Assembly: GCA_965202585.1 (NCBI GenBank)
Contig: OZ241829.1
Location: 9,796,001 to 9,860,000, forward strand
DNA length: 64,000 bases
Direction: 5' to 3'
Source of the DNA: Thalia democratica
Taxonomy: Eukaryota
The position numbers were made by a program, and so were the translations under genes. Below are positions 12,901 through 21,802 of the stretch, one piece after another (position 1 is the stretch's first letter; each line of letters opens with the position of its first letter). The notes under the pieces were generated by a model. That model was not told the origin of the DNA and made no database searches. It saw only the letters and a program-made list of their open reading frames with translations.

Positions 12901-15900
12901 ACGACTTCTTGAACATGAAACAGAAAATAGACATTTTGCACCAGCGAATACTGAATCATCCCCTGCATTTGAGTGAGGATTTAGAAGAAAAACTTAAAAT
13001 TGTTGAAAGCAAGACCAAAGTTAGTTAATAGGTGTATATGTATTAATAGTTTTTATATTTCTATTTCAAGTAATTTAAAATTTGTAAAGGATAACAAATT
13101 AGTGGTTAATGTGTGAATAATTTCATGATGTGTATGTTATGTTATTTTATGACAACCTTTTCTTATTTTTTGATTGTTTTATTAAATCACTCTATTTAAA
13201 AAAAAATATTTTTTGTATTGCATTATGAGCTAAATTAATGTTTTTTTCTTAATTTCTTAGATAATCATTTTTAGGCTGCTTTTTTGTAAAAATTATGAAA
13301 AACATATTATGAGTTACATTGTAGAAGTTTTTTGTATGCATATATAGGTTTTAAGAGCTATTGTACTTTGTAGTAAGAACTGCAGGTTACATATGTAAGG
13401 GTTGTGATTTGAGATTAAGAGAAAAGAATTAAAAATAATGAATGTTGGATTAACATCCAAATTTTAGCAGCTCCTAGCTTTTCTATCATACCTTCTAAGT
13501 TTAAAACAAGAGTTGGTGTTCTTAGATTTTTTACAAAAAACACAAAAATGGTTAAGCCTTTGTTGTAAGTTAATTGTAAGCTACAGTTGAACATTGTATC
13601 AAGCAAAAAATAGAAACTAAGTTCTGTAAATGTTTAACTTTTAATAAGGTTGTTATAAATGTAATTTATTATGCCTTTTTCCAAACAAGTAGTAAATATT
13701 TTATTTTAACAAAAAATTATAGCTGTTATCTGAAACATCAAAATCAACAGTTTACAAAAAAATGAGTTCTATTTATACCGTTATTAAAACAAATGTTTCT
13801 AAAAGAGCTAGGAAAATAATAGTTCGAATAAAATATTTGTAGCTGCTATCTGATACAAAGAAATCAACGAAAGAGTTGAAAGACAAGAAGAAGATTTTAA
13901 AGATGGAGGAATTACTAAGTAGGAAGAGAGTTCTTAGGATGATGGGATTCTCAACAGAATCCGATGTCTTGACTGAGAAAGGTAAAATTTCATAATTAAT
14001 GATTTTTGTTACATAGTACTTCTTTTTTTTTTTTTTCATTTAGTTATTTAAAAATTGTTCTTAGCCTTGTAAGTTATACAAATATTGAATTCTCAATTAA
14101 ATCCGATGTACTTTTACAAAAAAAAGTTAATACTTTCAAAATTAAAAAACTATAACTTAAAATACTTTTATAAAATTTGTATGAAAATTAACAACTTTTC
14201 TTTGTTTTTGTAATTACCAAAAATTGCAGCTAAAAGAAGGTGAAATTTTAATTTTTGATTTTAATATAAGTAAATATTAATCTAAAAGATATTTAAAAGG
14301 TAAATAAGGGTATCTTATTTCTAAAGGCAAGTTTTTAATACTATTTTGTTGCTTACACAAATAAAACTAAATAATATAAGTTAATAAGTACTGAAGTTAT
14401 GTCGTATGTGCATAAATAATCTAATGTGAAATAATAGTAGAAATTTAATAAAGATATGTGAATTTGTTCTACTAAATAATAAATAAATTTTTTTTAGATA
14501 ATTATTAATATATAATTTAAAATGAGATAAAAAAAAATCTAGTTTATTTACAGCTGATACAATTTTATTATTTTTTTTTTGTTATTCAATTAAACTATAT
14601 CAACTTATAATTTTACAAAAACTTTAGTAGCTTGTAGGATACGAACAGCTGATAAGTTACGACTAACTAAATAATTATAATTTATAATATTTTTTAAATA
14701 TTCAGGTTAAGTAGCTTGTAGGATACGTTAAGCTAATAATTAAATATTAAAGGAATTGTTATATAACATAATTAATTATAAAAAAATATTCAGGATTAGT
14801 AGCTTGTGAAATATGTGCAGTAGATATATCAAGATTTACTGAAACATATTGATTTTATTAATACAAATACTTGATACAAATACTTATTATAAATTTATTT
14901 CTGCTAAACAAATATTAAATGAAATTAATTGTATTTCAAATATTCAGGTTTAGTAGCTTGCGAAATATGTGCAGTAGATATATTAATATTCACTGAACAT
15001 TATTGATTTTATTAATATAAATACTTGTTACTAACTAACTCATTACTAAAATGACAAATAAATTATTGTAAATTTTTTATAGGTTTAGTTGCTTGCGAAA
15101 TATGTGCAGCTGATGAACTACTATTAACTGAAATGTTATTCAACGGAGTTTTCACAAGTATATTACCAGAAAAATGTTGTGCACTTTTAAGTTGCTTCGT
15201 ATTTGACGAAAAAGTTTGTTTTTATATTAAATATGTTTATTGAAAATTCGATGTGTATGTTCGTAAAGTTAAAAAAATACTTCAGTATACTGAAAGAGAA
15301 GTGGTATAAAAAAAAAAGCTTTAAAATTTCATTTTGTTATTAAATATAAATAAATAAGCTTGTCTGATAAGTGATAGGTAATGTTATGATATTTCAGAAG
15401 GTTTACAGTTTTTTACTTAAACTTGTATAATTGCTTGAGGAATATAGTTCATTTAAAATAAATCTTCAAATAAGTTAATTAGTTTACAAACATATTTTTT
15501 TTGTCAAGTTTTATACTAAACTTTTACTATATAATGTTGATTTAAATGTTAGATTGTTAATAACTTCTCATTGAAGCATTTAGTTGTAAGATGAAGCATT
15601 TTTTGTGGGCTTTTTAACTAATAACATATAATTACATGTATTTACATATTTTCCAGTGCAAAACACAGTCGAAACTAACTGAAAGTTTGGCCAAACCCAT
15701 AGAACTAATGAAGAAAACAGCGTCTAAAATTGCTAAAGTTTGTTTATTTTTATAAATAAAATATTATAAAGAATAATTAAAGTTTTTTAAATGTTTTATT
15801 ACTCATAGTTACAACCGAAAATTGTATAGTGTAATTGATTAATATTTATGCACAAGTTAACATGAAAGACTTTTTTGAAATTGTAGAATTATCCAAATAC

Positions 15901-16647
15901 TTAATATTTTTTTTCTATTCAATGAATTTGATTTTTATAAGTTTTTATAAAAATATAGAATAAACTGCTCTTGATGTAATTTGTTTATATTTAGCTCTAA
16001 AAGTGCATTAAAAATAAACAAACAAATAAACTGTCTTTCTGATACAGATATCAATAAAATGCAAATTAGAAACAAATTATCATTTAATACTGACCATTAA
16101 TCTCTTCGTTATTTGTTAGACTATTAAACACTTAAGCAATATGCAATAATTTAATTTAACCGGAAGTTTTTTCGTAAACTTAAATGTTTAACTAAACACA
16201 TTTTTCTCAGATATCAATAGACTGCAAGTTGGAAATAGACGAAGGCAAATATGTGTCATCCTTCAAAACCAATATTATGGATGCTGTGTACGCCTGGGCC
16301 ATGAACAAGAGTTTTGATCAAGTTCTTGAGTTGTGCGAAATTTATGAAGGTTTATTTAGTTTTAATTGTGTTTTTAAGATTTTTTAAATAAAAAATGAAT
16401 TTTGTGGTATTTTGTTAAGGCATAATTGATTAAATAATTAAGTTAATAATTATAATATTTTTTTATATTTTTTTTCTACTAACATTCAGGCAGTTTTATC
16501 CGTTGCATGCGGCGTTTGGAGGAACTTCTCCGGCAGTTGGCGCTGGCGAGCACGAAAATGGGAAATACCCAGCTCAAGAACAAATTTGAAACGTGCTCGA
16601 AACTCATCAAGCGTGACATCGTGTTTGCCGCCAGTCTCTACTTGTAG
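915..16647 (+). CDS. MTREX: Ski2-like DExH RNA helicase MTR4 (SKIV2L2/MTREX), nuclear exosome cofactor; 19 exons, 5' end probably outside the window
   Basis: Manually spliced GT-AG exons 915-981, 1395-1637, 2381-2555, 3439-3581, 4204-4375, 5800-5907, 6414-6546, 6967-7157, 7637-7738, 8309-8434, 9617-9767, 10622-10864, 12086-12348, 12831-13019, 13843-13981, 15083-15213, 15657-15737, 16211-16349, 16490-16647 join in one frame (about 983 codons). Motifs: AHTSAGKT (I), [13 protein letters not shown] (Ia), DEVHYM (II), FLSAT (III), [27 protein letters not shown] (V), [10 protein letters not shown] (VI), [18 protein letters not shown], and the MTR4-type C-terminus [12 protein letters not shown]. Confidence 0.96.
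1205..1220 (+). repeat. Echo of the exon 2 acceptor/exon start
   Basis: tcagacttacaaaagg vs tcagactcacaaaagg at 1391-1406 (15/16). Confidence 0.65.
1687..1760 (+). repeat. Echo of the exon 2 3' end (Walker A) in the following intron
   Basis: 1720-1752 gca cat acc tca gct gga aag acc att gtt gct ([11 protein letters not shown]) vs exon 1603-1635 ([11 protein letters not shown]). Confidence 0.9.
2004..2150 (+). repeat. Two echoes of the exon 3 acceptor/start
   Basis: The copy from 2109 matches the real junction from 2378 at 28/37 ungapped positions; a more decayed copy is at 2004-2045. Confidence 0.8.
2991..3382 (+). repeat. Three echoes of the exon 4 acceptor/start
   Basis: 2991 cagatactcaaaagtattatatactgtg; 3235 aaagtatgtttatcgtggagatgatgtgtcaaaa; 3353 cagatgctaaacagcatgctatactgtagt; real junction cagatccttagaagtatgctgtaccgtggtgatgaagtatcgaaa. 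Confidence 0.8.
4021..4160 (+). repeat. Two echoes of the exon 5 acceptor/start
   Basis: After aacag at 4022-4026, tgcgtgttcttatcagcaacggtaccaaactcgatc is identical to 4205-4240. A second, decayed copy at about 4120-4160 reads [14 protein letters not shown] vs [14 protein letters not shown]. Confidence 0.92.
4376..4803 (+). repeat. Tandem ladder of exon 5 end + donor copies (about 81-86 nt period)
   Basis: Repeats of [17 protein letters not shown]|gttatttg with GT donors at 4376 (real), 4457, 4541 and 4627, then decayed copies near 4665-4715 and 4755-4803. Confidence 0.93.
4853..5101 (-). mobile_element. hAT-like MITE family copy A (reverse orientation)
   Basis: Ends in gtttggtaaaccctg; the body is the reverse complement of the 5386-5666 copy (tctagtgtaagtttcaaattatg, ctccaacaagattactcaaaaaact). 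Confidence 0.75.
5386..5666 (+). mobile_element. hAT-like MITE family copy B (full length, about 280 bp)
   Basis: 14-bp TIRs CAGGGTTTCCCAAA / TTTGAGAAACCCTG (13/14). CAGGG termini are typical of non-autonomous hAT elements. No intact 8-bp TSD. Confidence 0.78.
5702..5727 (+). repeat. Echo of the exon 6 acceptor/start with the AG destroyed
   Basis: ctgggtaagattttagataaaacaac vs cagggtaatttcagagaagacaac (5797-5820). Confidence 0.55.
7272..7480 (+). repeat. Echo of the exon 8 donor (7272-7305) and of the exon 9 start (7439-7480)
   Basis: ctg ttg ttc aat gaa ggg ctt gtt cag|gttttt vs ata ctg ttc ggt gag gga ctt gtc aag|gttttt; and MLFSSENF vs VLFATETF. Confidence 0.75.
8013..8040 (+). repeat. 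Echo of the exon 10 acceptor/start
   Basis: cacagatatcaggtgatgaatag vs cacagatatcaggtggggagtac (8304 onward); the copy has an in-frame TAG. Confidence 0.75.
8770..9479. mobile_element. Young palindromic MITE, about 330-bp near-perfect TIRs, TTAA target-site duplication (Kolobok-like)
   Basis: ttaa|GGCCATAGGGG...CCCCTATGGCC|ttaa. Arms about 8770-9100 and 9154-9479 differ by only a few bases and homopolymer lengths. TTAA TSD with purine-purine termini fits Kolobok better than piggyBac. Confidence 0.88.
10138..10570 (+). mobile_element. hAT-like MITE copies C (10138-10347) and D (partial, about 10395-10570)
   Basis: cagaatttcccaaac...cacttaagaaaaccttg; shares tctcaaaaaactac, catcaccaactc and ctagtgtaa with copy B. 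Confidence 0.68.
11031..11187 (-). mobile_element. hAT-like MITE copy E (reverse, partial)
   Basis: Ends in gtttgggaaaccctg; closely resembles copy A (ataatttgaaacttaca..tagatat..ctggagttgatgatgaa). Confidence 0.75.
11525..11767. mobile_element. MITE-like element with imperfect TIRs and inverted subterminal repeats
   Basis: Left acatttccacg..cacttttgcac..cagttttgcac; right gtgcaaaactg..gtgcaaaagtg..cgtggaaaaatgtccc. Confidence 0.65.
11791..11975 (+). repeat. Two echoes of the exon 13 acceptor/start
   Basis: ag|gttacaacaaagacaatgcg (AG ending 11797) and ag|gttacaatgaagacaatgcg (11947) vs real ag|gttacaccgaagacaatgct (12085). Confidence 0.88.
13717..14130 (+). repeat. Echoes on both sides of exon 15 (acceptor echo 13717-13760; donor echo 14084-14130)
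   Basis: tag|ctgttatctgaaacatcaaaatcaac vs tag|ctgctatctgatacaaagaaatcaac; ttctcaattaaatccgatgta vs ttctcaacagaatccgatgtc. Confidence 0.85.
14622..15000 (+). repeat. Ladder of four echoes of the exon 16 acceptor/start
   Basis: Over the first 32 exon nt, identities are 29/32 (14948), 27/32 (14794), 22/32 (14706) and 23/32 (14622). Confidence 0.92.
16041..16080 (+). repeat. Echo of the exon 18 acceptor/start
   Basis: cag|ata tca ata aaa tgc aaa tta gaa aca (ISIKCKLET) vs cag|ata tca ata gac tgc aag ttg gaa ata (ISIDCKLEI). Confidence 0.85.
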
Positions 16648-16688
16648 AATGTATTCATAAAGAAAATATTTTTCCCTACTAGCCTTTA

Positions 16689-16870
16689 AGTCTCTACTTG
16701 TAAAATGTATTAACTTAGGAGAAAATATTATTTATTAGAAATTTTTTAATATACCTTATTAGAATTTTCATACTAAACATGACATATTAACTCGATATGT
16801 CATCCTAGTAATAAAAACAGTTTCAATTTAATATTAATATCGCCACTAGTCTCTACATGTAGATGTTATT
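16689..16870 (+). repeat. Two echoes of the MTR4 stop-codon region in the 3' flank
   Basis: agtctctacttgtaaaatgtatt (16689) and cgccactagtctctacatgtagatgttatt (16841) vs gccgccagtctctacttgtagaatgtatt (16627 onward). Confidence 0.85.
16810..16815 (+). terminator. Candidate polyadenylation signal of MTR4
   Basis: First AATAAA after the stop codon (about 160 nt downstream); weak evidence in AT-rich DNA. Confidence 0.35.
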
Positions 16871-19800
16871 AAATAAGTTAGAAACAGAAAGTTTGAAGAG
16901 TGGTCAAGATAAATATTGGTAGGAAAAAAACGTCTAACTTGTTAAAATCTTATTTGTCCTTTTTTCTTTTTGAAACTAAGGACTTTAATTTTATAGAATA
17001 TAATAAGTTTTAAGTTATTTATGATTTTAATAACTGGTTTTAATTATTTATCATTTGTCCTCTTGTTATGATAACCTAAATATTAATTTTTTTGTGTCCT
17101 ATACACTTTTAACTTGTTTTAAAACTTTTTTTTTACAAAAATTTTATCTTTCATGAGCATTTTATTTCACTAGTCGTTATAAGTTTACTTTAAAATGTTT
17201 TACTCACTTTTTTAAAACTGTTGATATCACAATGAAGTTTTAAGATTTGTTTGCTTTATTTTGCATGTGTTTAATAGTTAATTTGATTTTAGGCAATTTT
17301 TTATTTTCAAAAGTAGTTGGTTAAATTTCAAATTTTTTTTAAGATTTATTTTGTTATTTAAAGTAAAATATTTCCTATGTTAAGTAGAATATTAATTAAT
17401 TTTTTGATATATTTTTGCGTTATTTAAGTAATAGGTGAAATTATATATCTTATACAATTTTTATAGTTTATATTGACTTTTAGCTAAAACATCATTTCAA
17501 TATCATTTGTTTCGTATGTTTTTGATAACTTTATACACATTGATATTTTGTTCTAAATGTAGTTAAAGTTTATAGTTATTTGCTAAAATATAAAATTAGC
17601 TTGATTTTTTTAGTTATTTAACTTATATCGTTAGCAAAGAAGTGAGGTGACAAGTTTCTTTTATTGCTATATTTATATAACTTTAATTTTTCTTAGAGAT
17701 ATTACTATACTTATTTTATCTCTAAAAAAATTAAAAGATTTTTACGTAAACTATTTGTAAACTTTATTTATTAGTTAGCTTATTTCTTTCTATACGGCTT
17801 AAATGATTACTTAAATTTATAAACAATATGGTACGTAAATTAACTCGATTCAAAAAAGGAGCAGTTTTTCTTTGATATTATAAGACTACATTTAACTACA
17901 AAGTTAGACCTTAATAATGTTCTTTATTGTTCACATTAATTGAAGATAAGATAAATTATTATACAGAACAATAACAAAACATAAGATTATTTGTATTTAA
18001 ATGTACTTTAACAATTAGACTGCTACAATACAATTTAGATCAAAATAAAGTTGTTCTCAAAGTTTGTTCTTAAGAATGTTTTTGTACAAAGCATTTTAGT
18101 ATAAATAAAAGTATATAAGTATTTAATCTTTAATTGTTATTTTTTACTACTAAAATGAATAATCTAAGTTTAAATAATTATCTTAAACAACAGTTCTTTA
18201 ATCTGTTTTCTAAATTTTAGGCTGCACGGGTGTTCAAACAATTTAAAAACTAGTTTATTTGGTTATTCTAAAACTAAGGTATATAATACTAGGGATTTTT
18301 ATTTAGTAATATTTATAGTTAGTCGAGAAACTGGGATGCCCCATACTTAGGCTACTCAAGATAACTCTGGCTAGTTTGAATTTTTTAACAAATCTCAAGC
18401 AAGTTTTTTCTTTTCAATATATCTTTTTTCCCTTGAAACATTATTATTTTATTTTTTTTTGTGTTTTTAATACTTTAGGCTGGCCAATAGCGTTTATTTG
18501 GCTAATACTCGTTTTTTTTTTCTCATGAGCTGTTTTTTTGCCACGAGGAGTAACAAATCTATAGGAAAGTCTAGAGCGCTTGTTTGATTTATATGAACCT
18601 AAAAATCATGATTTTATTCTCACACTCTTGTTGTGCTGTTCATACTTTTAAAATTGCATAATCCATAGCTCCTTTATGTTTGTCTCCTGCAGTGGGGACT
18701 TTCAGTTATCCAAATAGTGTTCTGTAGGACTAGTCTTGCCATAGCAGAGTTGTGGTAGCATTTTGAACAAGGGTATATAATACTAGAATATTTTACTTTA
18801 AAAATAATAGTAATAATTCTGATGATAAGATTATAAACATTTTCTAATAATTTGCTACAAGAAGTAAGACTGGAGTGTTTTCAATTATAGGTCTAAGTAC
18901 ATTGTTTTATTTGCGCATTCAATAATGTCTATAATCTTTTAGAAACGTAATTTACAAGTGTTCTTGTTGTTAGAAACTATATCTTCTAATTACATTAAAT
19001 GTGTCCTTTTTGTAATCATTTTGTATTTTATTTGGACATTGCATGGTTAAATAAAAACAATCTTTTCTAAATTATGTTTGTACGTAAGAACTCATTTATT
19101 TGATTATAGTTACAACTTCCACGAAAAAATGTTTATATACAATAAAAGATTAAGTTATTATACGTTGCATAAACTGAGTTTATTTTGAATGTTTTAGCAT
19201 ACTTGATTATAATTGTTTACTAACCAATTACAACAAAACATTAGTTGGAGTTAACTGTGAAACATTTTACATGTGAGTTTTTTAGTATTGTGAATGTTTT
19301 TTCAAATGTTTTTATGAAATGTTCTAGGTAGTTCAAAACATATAAAATAGGTTTTGGTCTTAAAGCTTCAGGATGATTTCCAGTGAATTTTTTAAGGCTT
19401 TTTTAAAACTTTGCTATCTTTAAATTGTTTTAATAATTTTCAAATTTTTGTATAGGTTATTAACTGATAAACGTCATTAGCTGCTAGTCTTTTTTCTGTT
19501 ATTGAAAAAAACATTTTCAACGAAATACACATGTTTTAATTTTAATAAGATTACTTATGTTAATTAAAAAAAAAATGAAATAGGCAAAAATATTCTATTT
19601 CCAATAAATATAATGAGCATATTAACTGTTTTTAAAACTACTGTTTACAGCGACCAATACCTTTTATCCGTTTAACTAAACATATACTTTCTTTTAGAAA
19701 AATTATCTTTCATCTGTATATTAATGTTTTTATCATTAAGAAAGTTAAGATCAATTATATAACCAACACACTTATTTCAAAAGCGTCATTTAAAGCATAC

Positions 19801-20244
19801 CAGAAGTAACATGTACATTTTTTTCAAGACTTTTCTATTAATTTATTCGAGTATTACTGTTAATTTGTTGAACGCTGAATATTTTAGAGGTTTAAAATGT
19901 TATTAAAGTTAAGAAAGACTAGTTAGTAACAAAATAAACTATTACAGAACTACTGACGCTTTAAGTTTAACAAAGAAGATAATTTAAGCAAATTATACTT
20001 ATAAAAGTTTTACTAGTAAGTGTGTTTGTGAAATTGTTTAAACAAGATATCTTAAATTCATAAAAACTTTAACAAGTGTTTAAGTTTTTGCATGTAACAA
20101 TTAAACACTTTTTTTTTGTACATCAATAAACTTATTTATGTAAAAATTTATACTCCTTACAGTAAGCTTAAATAACTTGATTTAAGAGTTAAATTTAAAA
20201 CATCTTGTTTACTCTAGTTAATGTTGTAAAGTTTATGTTTATAT

Positions 20245-20439
20245 CAGGGCATCCCAACTTTTTTTCATAGAGCCGCATTTAAAATAATAAAAAAAGCTAT
20301 GGCCCCTTCCTACAAGACTTCTCAAAAAACTACTCTTAAATAAACCTAAAACCCTTTTTTATATTTTATTTTCACCATCAACTACATAATATCTAGTGTA
20401 AGTTTTAAAATATGCTTTTATGGCCCCCTTTGGGAAATT
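20245..20439 (+). mobile_element. hAT-like MITE copy F (diverged)
   Basis: cagggcatcccaactttttt..aaaagctatggcccc..ctcaaaaaactac..atatctagtgtaagtttt, matching copy B. Confidence 0.68.
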
Positions 20440-21475
20440 GTGATTTATGTGATGGATTCTTAAAAAAAGCATCAAAACAAAAACGGCTAAGATTATCTGC
20501 TTTTAAGTTTTTGAACCTACGTTGCTTAATTTTATAACTTTATGTTATTCACCTTAATTCTAAAACAGTTTTGTTAGTCTCTGTCTCTAAAAAGACTTTC
20601 AAAATAAATACAACTTAAGATTTTTCATAGTTTATAGATAAAGATTTCATTAAAAAAAAAATATATTACATTTTTTGACTAAACATAAATAATAGTTAAA
20701 AACAAAGTAAAAGATAGTTTTTAAAGAAAAGTTAAGTAAAATAGATGTTTAACTATACTTTAAGTTAGTTGTTACTCGCTTTGAGAATAAAATAGCTTTG
20801 ATATTTAGGATTTTTTTTCTTATTTACATTGTTCTTAGTCGGATAATAAACAAAGTTTTGGCAAAACTTTTGATTAGCGTTTTTATAGTTTCTCTGCTAT
20901 ACTTTACAGAGGTTTAGTGAATTTGATAAAACTTTTAAGTCAAAATATTCTAAAGACTAATTATAAAACTATTTTCAAAATGAAACAATTAGTATATAAG
21001 TATTTTAATAAGTTTAAGTAATATATTTTCCATTCATATGTGCCAAAAAATTAATACACTAACTTTATAGCTTTTTTTTGGTTTTAAAACTAATTTCTTT
21101 ACTGCTATGTAGATTTTCAGACAAATTTTGCTAACAGTTAAGTTTTTCTGCTGACTTCATGGTTAAAGCTAAATTCAGAAGTTTTTAAAAGTGTTTAAAG
21201 TTTACAGATATTTAAAAACTTAGCCTACTTTAATAATTTGAAGTATCCATAAAACTGATATTGATAAAATGAGCTACTAAAACTATATTATGGTAATGTC
21301 AACAAAACTACAAATTAAATTTGTAAAACGTAAATGCTATGATAGATGTAATACAATTACTCTCATTTATTGTTATGGTAAAATAAACTATAAGACAACA
21401 ACTGTAATTAAAAATGTGAAACAAATTTATTAATGCAATTAAATATTGATAATTATACAATAAATAAAAAAAAGA

Positions 21476-21802
21476 TCAGTCCGAACTCATACCATTGTGT
21501 TTTCTTCTTTTGTAATATCGCTTTTTACGACGACATCTTCTTTTCCTCGTTCTATTAGCATCATCCTCGTTTTGATAATAACCATCACTTGTGGTGAACG
21601 ACTCACACTTCTGATCAAAGATCGTGGTGTTTCTGGACGTGAACTCTTTGCGCTTTATCAGAGCGAACTTGTTCCACTTGACCCGTATTCTGTACCACGG
21701 CTCGTCGGGGTTCGAGGACAAAAACTCCGGCTCCTTTGCCAGGAACATTCGCGTTATGCTGTCAACGTAATGTTCTTCCAATTGGGTATTAGTGGAAGGC
21801 AT
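21476..21802 (-). CDS. Intronless orphan ORF, 108 aa, with a strongly basic C-terminal tail (RTRKRRCRRKKRYYKRRKH)
   Basis: ATG-started ORF that exactly fills a GC-richer island; acceptor-like cacag 13 nt upstream; AATAAA (minus strand, 21426-21431) about 45 nt after the stop. No recognisable domain. Confidence 0.5.
   Translation of the reverse strand: MPSTNTQLEEHYVDSITRMFLAKEPEFLSSNPDEPWYRIRVKWNKFALIKRKEFTSRNTTIFDQKCESFTTSDGYYQNEDDANRTRKRRCRRKKRYYKRRKHNGMSSD

Noticed and set aside
1374-14039. Minus-strand ORFs at 1374, 1987, 3484, 4090, 12087, 12154, 13415 and 13773
   Set aside because: Antisense shadows of MTR4 exons or low-complexity AT-rich intron ORFs with no protein-like features.
1205-16870. 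Echoes as simple assembly stutter
   Set aside because: Most copies are 10-35% diverged with shared derived states, unlike consensus stutter. This cannot be fully excluded without raw reads, especially for the identical 4028-4063 copy.
18500-18800. Possible decayed LTR-retrotransposon RT fragment (minus strand, SRLSYRFVTPRGK)
   Set aside because: Only a vague motif resemblance, with no continuous frame or catalytic motif.
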